In this document: piece after piece, positions 48,401 to 59,029 of the stretch
How the letters are laid out: every line of letters starts with the position of its first letter
How positions within the stretch are numbered: position 1 is the first letter of the stretch
Assembly (NCBI GenBank): GCA_950097015.1
Contig: CATNEN010000025.1
Coordinates: forward strand, 5,704,001-5,768,000
DNA length: 64,000 bases
From: Macrostomum hystrix
Taxonomy: Eukaryota > Animalia > Platyhelminthes
Direction: 5' to 3'
The notes under the pieces: model-generated
Database searches by the model: none
What the model was told of the DNA's origin: nothing
The model's input: the letters and a program-made list of their open reading frames with translations, nothing else
Position numbers and translations under genes: made by a program

Positions 48401-50240
48401 CGATCCGGCCATTGTGTATCCGTGCGCAGCCGTTCTGGTCAACCTGACAAACAGCTACGACCGGCAGGACGTCATGCCAGAGCTAGTTGAGCTGGCCAAG
48501 TTTGCTAAGCATCACGTGCCCGAGGAGCACCCAAAAGATGGCCACGACTGGGTTGAGGGACGAATTAACAAATTAGTGAAAGCCGGAATGCTGCCAGCCC
48601 TGGCCCAGCTGGCATCCGTTTCTGATAAGGCTCTACAGGTGAGGCTGGCTTCTCAGCTGCATTGTTTTACAGGTTTTTGAAATAGAAGAAAGCTTCCAAA
48701 CGTAACGGAATAACTACTCAAGTAACGCCTCCGGTGACAGAAATTACTGCTTTCTCGAATTGAGCAGCTAAACGTATTGTCAGAGGAAGGAAGCCAGAAG
48801 CAATTAATGCACAATGCGGGTAGCACGACACAATGACGATACGAACTCTTTGAACTCTGTAATATTTACGGATAAGAGACAATCATCTTGTGCATCTTTT
48901 ATAATTAAAAACAATCCAATATAATAAATAAAAAGTTTAAATGCGCTGGCAGTTAGTTGTACTAGAGAAAACCGCCTTATAATCCACCTAGCTTCAATAG
49001 ATAATATATAGAGGAACAGGAACAGGAAACATGATCCAAAGTTCTCTCGATTAAGTGTCCCTTCTATATATATGGACGCAAATAATTACAGGTAACCAAC
49101 ACCTGCCGCGAGCTGCTCAGCCGAGTGTTCCTGGCAGCTCTGACACTCCCTGAGCACCGCGGCCCGGCCGTGGCAGCCGGCGCCGTTAAGTCGCTGCTCT
49201 CCCTGGCCAATGGTCGCAACACAGACGGTGGTCAGGTACTGGCAGCGCAAGCCTTAGCCAGGCTAGCTGTCAGCCTCAATCCGGAGACCGCTTTTCCCGG
49301 CCAGCGGGCCGCCGAGCTGGTCCGGCCGCTGAATCAGCTGCTGCACGCCGAGGCCAATTCTCTGCAGGTAAATTGTTGTTTTAGTGTATTGTTGCAGATT
49401 ATTCTGACACCTGAGTTTCAAGCTCAGCTTACCAGTTCTTACATCCTGACCAAACCTGTACTCAAATATCAGGTGTACGAAGCCCTGCTAGCCCTGACCA
49501 ATCTGGCCAGCTCCAGCGACAGTCTCCGCAGCCGCCTGTTATCCGAGATCGGCCTGGCCCGCATTCGGCACTACATGTACGATGACCACAGGCAGTTGAG
49601 GGCTGCCGCCACCGAGTGCTTCTGCAATCTCTGCCTCTCGGATAAGGTTGGCGACTCCATGGCTGCCGCCGCTGCCGCTGGCACCTCCGAGGACGTCAAA
49701 CTGTTGCTACTGTTCTGCGCGCCGCCCAGAGACGACGAGCCAACAGCGGACAAGGATAAACTGATGCCGATCGCCGAGGGCAGCCAGGACGATGGCGACG
49801 GTGATGGCAAGCTGGAGCCTCTGGCCAAGCCCGAGAATGATGACGAAGCCGCTGCCGCTGCTCTGCCAGCGGAGGCACAGGAAACTCCGGCTGATCGGGA
49901 GCGCCTCATGCTAGCCGCTTCCGGCGCACTGGCTCACCTCACCACCCGGGTGGAGATTGTCGGCCGGATGCTGTCCTACCCCATGTGGCCGGACGCCATG
50001 TCTCACCTGGCCTCGCACCCCAACCCGCTGATTGCCCATCGCGGGCTTTATATTATGCGCAACGCGTGCGTCAGCAGCGACACGGAGCTGGCAGCTCGGG
50101 TGGCCGCCTCGCCGCTGCTGGAAGTGCTGATGGCCGTCAGCCGGCTGGACGATCCGGCATTCAAAGCTGCGAAGGAGCTGGCCAAGGAGGCGCTAGACTG
50201 TCTGGCCAAGGCCGGCTTCATACGGTCTGTGGCACCCTGA
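42437..50240 (+). CDS. UNC45: UNC-45 myosin chaperone (TPR, central ARM, UCS), about 1030 aa; exons 42437-42841, 43650-44083, 45403-45953, 46209-46561, 48333-48638, 49092-49367, 49473-50240
   Basis: TPR SNRAQCALKL...PKALFRRAQAYE, KVRALVGLCKLG, WAVEGLAFLCLDAEVKE, LAKFAKHHVPEEHPKD, AAQALARLAVSLNPE and EALLALTNLAS. Junctions are phase-consistent (3093 nt). Confidence 0.95.
42930..42990 (+). mobile_element. SINE family B fragment
   Basis: AAGAAAGTCAGGGCAGATGTAC is shared with the 8391-8770 element. Confidence 0.55.
43140..43330 (-). mobile_element. SINE family A partial copy
   Basis: GCAGCCGACAGCACAGCCGCAGCTATTGCGCGGCGCATCTG is identical to the sequence near 60200. Confidence 0.75.
43462..43550 (+). 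ncRNA. Box C/D snoRNA family A, copy 3 (UNC-45 intron 1)
   Basis: C box ATGATGA at 43471-77, guide ACTCCACCAACT at 43530-41 and D box at 43542-45; 104 nt before the 3' splice site. Confidence 0.82.
44110..45170. repeat. About 25-bp satellite (GGCTTTTGTAATGGCATGTCTTTTT) in UNC-45 intron 2
   Basis: Direct reading of the monomers. Confidence 0.95.
45257..45322 (+). ncRNA. Box C/D snoRNA family B, copy 2 (UNC-45 intron 2)
   Basis: ATGATGC at 45262, the same CAATAGATACTA-CTGA as copy 1, C' TGACGA, and TCGGAT-CTGA at 45314; 85 nt before the 3' splice site. Confidence 0.72.
45975..46075 (-). mobile_element. SINE family A head fragment
   Basis: Contains TTGCTAAAGGACACA, GGGAATCGAACCC and GAGTCCGACG. 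Confidence 0.65.
46575..48250. repeat. 27-bp satellite (CAGTCCTTCATTCAGTTGGTCATAGCC) with drifting variants, in UNC-45 intron 4
   Basis: Direct reading of the monomers. Confidence 0.96.
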
Positions 50241-50965
50241 GTGCCTTGATTTTAGCTGCTCAGATTTTTTGCCGGGATCGGAGAAATTGCTAGTTGCTAT
50301 GGGGAAAATACATTATTCCTTTGTTTAATCAGGCCTTCTCTTTATTAAGAGACTTTTCTAATCCATCTAGTCAAATTGATATTTAGTGTGCTGTGCCTCC
50401 ACACCTGCATGTACAAAATGCACTCACTATCAAACCTGGCAGTGCTTCCAACCCAACCAACTTAGTCCCGCATGCTTGGAATGGACAAAATCGTGTGCCT
50501 TTTCTCAGTTGAACCTTCATTTAGCCTATTTATTTAGTCTACCCTGTGTGCGCTTTCTAGCCAAAGTATTTGCATGCGCGACGCGTGGCTCACTTTATTA
50601 TCGCGTGAACTTTTAGTTAGAACAACAAAATCTGTGGTTTAAGTTGTGCTACTTAAAACGACATAAATAAACAATTACCTGTTTGCCCCATTGTGAAATT
50701 TTTTCATCGCCTAATAATCACAGCTTGCTATTATTTATCACGTCACTCGCGCTTATAAACAATTGCGGCATAAAAAATAAAATTGGGCTTGTTTTGTATG
50801 GCAGTTGTTTTTCATGTTAACCGTTTTTTACCCAGAAATATACTTACTGCAGCTCGAATAGTCCGTTAATTTACTTATTTTACAATAATTGTTTTCACCT
50901 GCCTACCAACATGTACAAAAATTCGCCCGGAAACGATAAATCCGGGCTAGCAGATAGTCCAATTT

Positions 50966-51039
50966 CAGGGGCTTAGCCAGGATTTCTTGGGCTATCGGTT
51001 TTAGGTTCTGATAGCCGATACCCCCTGGCTACGCCACTG
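50966..51039. mobile_element. 74-bp hAT-type mini-MITE with an 8-bp target site duplication
   Basis: TIRs CAGGGGCTTAGCCAGG and CCTGGCTACGCCACTG match at 14 of 16 positions. TCCAATTT flanks both sides (50958-65 and 51040-47). Confidence 0.8.
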
Positions 51040-51099
51040 TCCAATTTCAGGGCGAAGGTCCGGGATCAGCAAAAACTAACCCGAACCACGATTTTCTTC

Positions 51100-51520
51100 G
51101 GGTAACGGGCCAATGAGCGGGCCAACCAACGGGCCGGTTTAGAACGGGCCAATCAGCGGGCCAACCAGCGGGCCGGTTTAGAACGGGCCAATCAGCGGGC
51201 CAACCAACGGGCCAACCAGAGGGCCGGTTTAGAACGGGCCAATGAGCGGGCCGATGAGCGGGCCAACCAACGGGCCGGTTTAGAACGGGCCAATGAGTGG
51301 GCCAGTGAGCGGGCCAACCAACGGGTCAGCCAGCGGGCCAACCAACGGGTCAGCCAGCGGGCCGGTTTAGAACGGGCCAGTGAGCGGGCCAACCAGCGGG
51401 CCCAGAAGCGGGCCGTAGAACGGGCCGATTTGAGAGACTCGTCGATTTGGAAAAATGAGCGGGCGTTTAGAGCGGGCTTTTCTGACACGAAGTGGCCGAT
51501 GAGCGGGCCAATTTCAATGG
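51100..51520. repeat. GC-rich 12-15-bp minisatellite (CGGGCCAA.../CGGGCCGGTTTAGAA)
   Basis: Direct reading of the monomers. Confidence 0.85.
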
Positions 51521-52111
51521 GCTAATCCAGTATTTTTTCAACCGGGACTAATCCGGGTCATGACATGAGATTTTTATCCCGAACAATACTTTATCCAATC
51601 TCTGACAATCGTGATAGTTCTGGTAATGGTTATACTCGTAAATGACGAGAAGATAATAAAACCCGTATATTTATTAGCATCCTTCTAAAAAGTTCAAAGC
51701 CTTCGCCATCAGTTAAATTACAGTCATCTACTCGTATTATCTGTGAATATCTAGTAATAAGGTTCAGATACATTACGGATCAAATTGTTGAATTAAAGCT
51801 AATGATAAGATTACACAATTAAACACCTGCCTCAAGCTTACTATAAATTTTAAGTTTTTAATTTAAATCGGTTTCTAACAGAGTTTTGGCATCTGCAACA
51901 CACGCTCGCGTGTTAATGGGATTTTGGCGCATTTAAAAGGAGCAGAAGAAAAGTACGTTCTGGCTGCACATCGACTGGCAAAAGCATGAATCGACATGAT
52001 GTCCATTCATTGCTCGTTCGCTGCTTGTACGCTGACTTCTCTGAAATATGAAAGGGCAATGCTGCTTGTTAGGAATGCAAGAAGTTCAACTGCACCCACT
52101 CAGGATGTGAC

Positions 52112-55100
52112 TTACGCTGCCTTGATAACCTGCGTTCTGGCTAAATAGAACTTCTTAGTCGTTTCCACCACCCAGGAGGAAATCTGCTTCGGGTAGGTTG
52201 CTGCCTGTGAAGCGGTGTCAGTGGCCCTGTTCTTCGGAACAACGTCGCACTGAGTCATGGCGAAATTGATCTTGTTGATCATGGACAGCACATCGTGATC
52301 AGCTGCCAGCTCGTAGGCCACTGTGCAGAACGCGCTGATAAATCTGGAACCGCTGTAGGCCAGTCCGAAGCACTTGTTTCCAGGCGTGGTGGCATGTCCG
52401 ATGATTAGCCCGGCGCAGTTGGGAGAATTATCGATTAGTGACACGCTCTTTGAGTCGTAATAGGCTGCACCGTATCGCCAGGCAGTGTTTCGCGCACTTC
52501 GGCCCAGCGGGGCCGGGTTGCTGTATTCGCTACTTGCAACCGACTCCTCATCTATGCGGCAGGTGTTGACGAGGATCAGCTTGGGCCGGCCAGCCAGTGC
52601 GTTGGAGTTGACAAATGGCTGTGTTAACACCTCAAGTGAGATTCGCTCTCCGTCGTTGCCGTAAACAAAGTCATTGCTTCCATGTGAGAGGATCACAAGA
52701 ATAGCAAAGTCTCCATGTGCAGGTTTGGAACCAGTTTTTTCGTCTTTATTTTTCTCAGCGCCGTCACCTGCGAAACTAGTTATATCGTCCAGCATTTCCT
52801 GACAGGCTTTGTCTGTCAAAACTGTGATGTTTTGTGTCAGGTAACCCAGCTTTGAGAAAAGGTCTAGCAGGTTCTGTACGTCGAGTCTCGTGCCTCTCCG
52901 GAAATCATTGTTGCTCTTGAATTTCTCATTCGATATAATCAGAACCCGTCCGTTGCAGCTGTTGACATAACTTTCGTCCGCGTCTTGTCGTATGAGTGAA
53001 ACACTCTTTGCAAATGGGTTAAAATCTTCCCATTCGCACTGCACTGCAACTTTCTGTCTGAGAAGGCTGCTCTCGAAAGTGCGAGCTTCGACTCTAAGCT
53101 TTACACCATTTTGAAGCCGGTTAATCATGCTGAAATTCGGGTGCTTCAATGACGTCAGCTCAACGAAGTTCAATGTGCTTATGCACGGTCTTCCTCCTGG
53201 ATAGTCTTCGTCCTCTGTTTTGTCATACCAATCTTTAATCTGAGTCAAAAACAACTCTAGACCTGATACATCAGCCGCCAGATACAACAGGAAAAAGTTC
53301 TTTATGTCAAATGCCGGCGGTTGACGAAGTGCTGCGATTTCTTCCTTTGTAGCTTCAGTCGGCGTTTCGTTAAACGGTATCTGCCGACAGAAAATCAACA
53401 GCTTGGGAGACTCGCTCGACAGTACCTCCATCCCTTCAATAGCTTTGATTGGAGTGTGCTCGTGAGTCTCGCAATCATTTGATTGGAGTTCCCAATACAC
53501 AAATATCGAAACCTGATTAGTCTTGTTCACCTTGCTCCTGCTTTCAGCAGCGCGAGCGCCTTCAATGAATACGTTTAGTCCGATGCTTCTAAACCAATTC
53601 TCGTAGACTTCGAGAATGGCCTTCTTTTCGACATCTTCAGAAAAGTCCACAATGTAGGCAGCTCCGCGGCTGTTGTCTGTAACTAAGAGCGAATCGGTGG
53701 AGGTTTCAGATCAACTATTCCATGTTTATTGCGTTTGCTTCATTCCGTTTTTTCACGGTCATTCGTTAGATTTCTTAGACAGTTAAATTGTTATTCAAAC
53801 AAACCATGTATGCCGCTTTACGAATTTCTTGGCAGCCCCATTGCACTAAACTGCAAAACTGCTTATTACTTCATATCGATGCTGCATGTAGGACATATCT
53901 TTTTGCAAAAATGAGAGATATATAATGAGATAATGAGATAACATTTACGAGTAATCTTATATGAGAGGAACCTTTAATAGGCCAGATTAGCTAAAAAGAA
54001 TCTACATACTCTCAACGATTATGCTCAACAGTCCCTAACATCTGAGACATCTGGAGAAGGATTTTTGTAAACAGTTGTGTTCGTACGAATAATACGTGCT
54101 TGTAGAACTTGCAGTACTGGTGGGAAAAGGTGTGAAAATTTGATTGCGAAACTAGACTGCGATAGGTATATTTGAAAGCAACTATAACAATACGTCAAAA
54201 CTCACTGGGAACAAGACTGCTGGGCTTGCCTTCATGCCTGCCGCTAGGCCGACTGCCACTGTCGTCTAAAATTGGACCGTTTCAGTATTTAGCGAAATTC
54301 TGCTTGCATAAAAAATTAACTTACAGCTCTCACTACCAAGCTCCGAAGAACTTACCAGCCGAAGCAGAAGTGGTCAAGTTCGGAACTGCGGCATCAGGCC
54401 GTTCTTTGTGGTGTGCCATTTCTTCTCCCAGGCTTACTAAAAACCGGGGAAAAAGAATAAGCGAATAATAAAATACAACCCAAAGTACAAAATTGATTGA
54501 TCACACTTTTACAACTACAAAACCCGCGTAAAACATTTAGCTACTAATGTGCTCAGTATGTGCGTGTATGTGCTCAGAGGTCAACGGAAAGGCATGAAAA
54601 ATCGCCTATTCACGCGATGGATATTTCCAGAATGTTCTCAGTTCCATTCCAACAACTATTAATTAGCAGCCTGCGATCGCACAATCTTAACCCCTTTCAC
54701 TATTCTTATCAGAAGTTAATCAACAAACAAAGAACCACCGCCTAGCTCTTGTCTCAGTCTTTTTAAGCACAACAAAATGGTGCGTCCGTGGCCATTGTCC
54801 CATGCAACAATCAGTACTATATAATACTCGTAGTATACTCGGATAGAATCGTAAATTAACACACCTTCTGCTTCACTACTACCGCACGGATCGGACAGCT
54901 TTGTAGAGCTGGTTCCAGTGACGTTCGGACTTTCGCCCATCGCACCGCAGTCTGGAATGTTGTCAGATATGGTGGATTTGGAGGAATGAGATATTTCCAA
55001 AACGGCACGGGCGATTTGGAATGATAAAACAAGCTTTTTGTTTTGAAAAGCTGAATGTTGGTGGATGCCTCCTCGGTTTAAATTGAGCTGGAAATGGCCT

Positions 55101-55398
55101 TCATGAGACTAATCACTTGTTCTGGTGGCGCTTGAGTAAGATTATTTGTATTGTAAGGTATCGTCTGTGTACGCTATGTACATTCTCGCATGTGCATCGT
55201 GCAACGTTCTGGGGTGCGTGTCGGCGCCACCCCAAACTTTCAAATAAAAACCTGCAGTCAGCTTAGGCTGTCTCTCATGGGCTTCGGGCCTATACCTAAA
55301 CGCTAGTCTTACAATATGTAAATCTGGATAGATAGATATTAAGTTTCACAACTTACCAGCAAGGCTAGGGATTGCATCCTCTGCAGAGATTCGTTCAC
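52112..55398 (-). CDS. Caspase-like protein 1; main exon 53676-52112, probable upstream exons 55050-54865 and 55398-55357; start not resolved
   Basis: LVILSHG (catalytic His), PKLILVNTCR (catalytic Cys), GSRFISAFC and p10-like motifs. The upstream exons have phase-1 GT-AG junctions compatible with the phase-1 acceptor at 53677. Confidence 0.85.
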
Positions 55399-55869
55399 CT
55401 GCAAAATTGTGGTTGGATTTTTGTTGAAGTATTACCAATTAAGGCAGCATTCACTGAAAAAAATCTTAATTCCGACTTCACCGGCCATTATTGCGACTCA
55501 AATCTAACAGTTTAAAATTTTAACATAACTGCATAACTTTTAGCACTTATGCGAGAGTTAAATAGAAATTTGTACTCGTAAAAATAAGATTTTTCGCTTG
55601 AATGTTTTTCTTTAATTCAGAGTACTTTTCTTGACTACTACTACTACCTTGACTACCGTAATTATCCACACGAACGCCTTGCAGTATGGCCTACAGTGCG
55701 CATCGAATCTCATGAGAAGACAGCGGCAAGAAACTGATCTTTTAGCTGATCCACGTTCACGTTGTGCACATCAATGGATTTCAATGTTCACCAGTTTGAA
55801 AAGTAATTTTGTGACGGATAATACTCGTAAGCCAGCTCAACACCTACACAGCTTTGGCACCCCAAGCTC

Positions 55870-57900
55870 TGGCGCGGTCAAAATGTCGTAGGTTGCGGCG
55901 AGGATGAGCGTTTGGTGTATGACCAAGACGTCCGATGTTGAGCTGCTACAAGAGCTAGGCGGGATTGCTTATCGCAGGAGAGAAAGTCCAGGCGACTGAC
56001 CTGATTTATTGTCTGTTCGCGCACGTCACCAATGAAGATTTTACAACTGAGCACTCGCGGATGCTGTCCTCGCGGCTGGGGGCGGGCCAAAGCGCAGCGA
56101 GTGGTGGATGAGAGTAAGAAGGCCGCCCCTCTGCCCCCCCCCCGATGGTCTGTCTTGGCGGAGGATGGAGTAATTGGCGATCTCTGGCAGTTTAGTCCCG
56201 GGACTAAGTTTGGTTTCTTGGACTAGTTGTCTGAGATTCCAGGAACAGTTTAAGCTCCGACCACCTGTTCGCGTTCCTTTGGCAGATGGGCTGAGGGGTC
56301 GATCTGGGTTGGCTGGTGTGTCCAGGCCACGGGTTCTCTTCGATGTCGCCAGCCCAAATAAGAAGCTCGCCGATCAGCCTGGCCGGCAAGGGTTGTCTGC
56401 GTACCGAAAAATGGACGATTGACGTTGCAGTTGTTCTTATTATTTGCAGGGGGCCCGGGGCACTTGACGCACAAGCGCAGGAACGGCATGCCTCCAGGCC
56501 GGCGAACTAAGCGGGAGTCGCCCATCGCGCCATCTGGACCCCTGGACTCAGGCAATTCACACACAGCCGCAAGCCAAGCGGGGAAGGGGGCGGCAGCCGG
56601 AGTGCCTCTCACCCCAGGCCCGCACACGCACAGAGCAGACCAAACCAGGGGAGGACTTAAATGCCTGAAGGGTAGGGACGAGAGGACCAAGCCACGCGCG
56701 CAGACGGCTGGTGACACCCGCCGCTCAGAGCACGCATGGCTGGTGCACACCCGCCCCACCCCCCATACAACGCCTCACACCCGGCCCAACGCACAAACAC
56801 AAACTCACACAAGCAGGCCTGCAGAAGGCAGGGGTTAAGCTATTTAAATTAGCTTTGGTTGCACAGAAAAAGGTGCATCTCCGCAAGTCACTGCTTCGCA
56901 AACCTCCAACCAAGCCCGAAATTAATCGTGACTTGGAGGGAGGAACGAACCAGGGACTATTGGAAAGTGAGGCAGCGACACTAGCCGCTGACCCACTCAC
57001 CCCCCTGACGTTGCAGTTGACATTGACGCTGACTTTCCTGATGGCTGCCTCCATCGGGGGCCCTTGATCAGGGGCCTTGAGAAGGCGTGCGTCCCATTTG
57101 CTCTCGGGTCTGCGGCAGGCGTACCGGAAACGTCGAGAGTTCGAACCACCACGAACAGGCGGGTCGCATAGGTCGGATTTCTTCCTTTGTTGCTTTTTAA
57201 TCGTATATGCTGACAGAAAATCAGCAGCTTGGGAGACTCGTCTGACAGTAAACTTTTAATACCTTTAAATAGCTTCGATTGGGTTATGCTTTGGTTCGAT
57301 ATAGTCTGGACTTCCTTAAACTTTCATTCTATTTGCAATTATATCTTGTTCATTGCTAATTTGCTAATTTTTCAAAGGCAGCTAAATTTGGTGACTGCTG
57401 ATTTTTTTGCAAGATTTTATGCCATTTTTCAATTTATACCCATAGACTCATAATCATAGTTTTTCCGGATGGCTAAAAACAAGAAACAGGGAAGGAACAA
57501 TTAAGGAAATATTTATCCAGGACAGAAGAGTTATTTTATTTTCTCTTCAAAATCTTTTTTCCCAGCGAAAGAAAATCTAATCATCTCGGGAGGAGAGACG
57601 GAGCGGTACCGCACCATCATTCACACCGAGGTCCCTGAGCTCGATTCGGTTGCTAGGCGAGTCTCAGGTATCAGCGGAATGGGCGAATGCCCGTCGCATC
57701 AGAGCCCACATCATCCCTACAATACTATACTATAAGTATTATTTACCATCTTGGCTTAAACCGCAAGGATCGGACAGCATTGTTGAACTGGTTACAGTGG
57801 CGTTTGCATTCGCCGTATTGCCGCAGTCTGAAGTGTGTACAGGCGAGCGAGCAATTTACAAGAAGAATACAGAAAATCTAGATACAGAAGATTTTGCGAA
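55870..57900 (-). pseudogene. Degraded paralog of caspase-like gene 1, split by a retrotransposon fragment
   Basis: About 57200-57330 encodes KHNPIEAI*, then frameshifted GIKSLLSDESPKLLIFCQ (gene 1: EHTPIKAIEGMEVLSSESPKLLIFCR). About 57747-57870 matches the 54865 exon (SDCG...SSTMLSDPCG), with CAA changed to TAA. Confidence 0.7.
56030..57078 (-). mobile_element. 5' fragment of an Ingi/I-group-like non-LTR retrotransposon: 5' UTR, 2A-like peptide and start of APE endonuclease, frameshifted
   Basis: LLIWAGDIEENPWP, then ICQRNAN...ELKLFLES, QETKLSPGTKLPEIANYSILRQDRP and GGLLTLIHHSLRF, which are typical APE N-terminal motifs. Confidence 0.75.
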
Positions 57901-58244
57901 AAATCTGCTGCCCATTACCAACTGCGGGCGTTCCCTGGGTGTCAATTGAGGTGTCAGCTGCACCCGATGCATCTGGGACTGATGGCGCGTCTGCAAGGTG
58001 TTGTTGTATAGGTAGTACTAAGTGTTAGCAAAACCTATTCATGTTATTAAAGTACATTACCTGTCATTTCCCGGCCTTTGAAATTGAATGGCAGTTGAAA
58101 TGCAATACTGTAGTTGTCACGTTTTTTTGTTAGTGTAAGTTATCAGTCTGAAAAAATTACCGTGTCCTGCAGTAAATACGAATATGATTGCTAAACAATT
58201 GCCATAAATGAAAACCAGAAGATTACTTCAGCTTATAAAATATT

Positions 58245-58685
58245 TACAATGAGGAGTTACGCAATCGAAAAGTTCTTGAAGCGATGCTCAGCTGCGTAGA
58301 AGATTGGGGCTTTGTCAATTTTAACAAACTCTGCCTCTTAGTATTCACATCAAGCGTACATAAGCAGAGGTACAGAAGTACTGAGGTTGGCAGAAATGGC
58401 CAATATACTTGCACATTGTTGGATTACGGTCTGTATCGCAGCAATGTCTTGCACTGGACAGGCCTTTGCATATGACTCAGAGCCATGGTTGAGAAATACT
58501 CTAAAAGCACCATAGAAATCTCGCTACACCCCTCTATGCGCAATGTACTCTGCATTGCCAGCAGCAAATTATCCAAATCTGAGCCAATTGAAGTGACCCA
58601 ATGCACACATTTTCATATGCACTTACAGAAAGTTCATTGTAGTTCCCTTTTCTTTCCGTTTGAAAAAATGAAAAATCTGGACTGA
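58245..58685 (+). pseudogene. Possible degraded Tudor-domain fragment
   Basis: KLCLLVFTSSVHKQRYRSTEV...YTCTLLDYGL resembles the Tudor pattern C.A.F..D..WYRA...V.FVDYG. There is an in-frame stop at 58473-75. Confidence 0.3.
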
Positions 58686-59029
58686 AAAATAACTACAGAA
58701 TTCAGGCACACATATCTGTCGCTCGCAATTCTCTTCTGTTTCTTAGACACAATCTTAGACACACATACAATACGAACGAGAGGGTATACTAGTACATAGG
58801 CGAGTGAAGAAGGTGGCAGGTGTAATCACTGAGACAGAGGCTAGAACTTGCAGTGAAAACGACCCTTAGAAGCTAGCCCTGATTGGGCGTTGTTCTTTAT
58901 ATTTAGGGCGAGACGCCCACCTCAATCAGCTCACGTGTACGGGACCGTCAGATGTACATACAATCGTAGCTCATAGCATAGCGCGTCTAGTAAATATGCC
59001 ACGCAAGTGCATATACACGGAACACCACA

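Noticed and set aside
46163-48490. 775-aa ORF containing HSVGHSPVL repeats
   Set aside because: It is UNC-45 exon 4 reading through a 27-bp intronic satellite. A GT donor at 46562 and an AG acceptor at 48332 restore the conserved LDAE|VKE.
55600-55900. Coding-looking - strand stretch with a vague BTB-like flavour
   Set aside because: Stops occur in all frames and the similarity is too weak to support a call; it may be more decayed caspase-paralog sequence.
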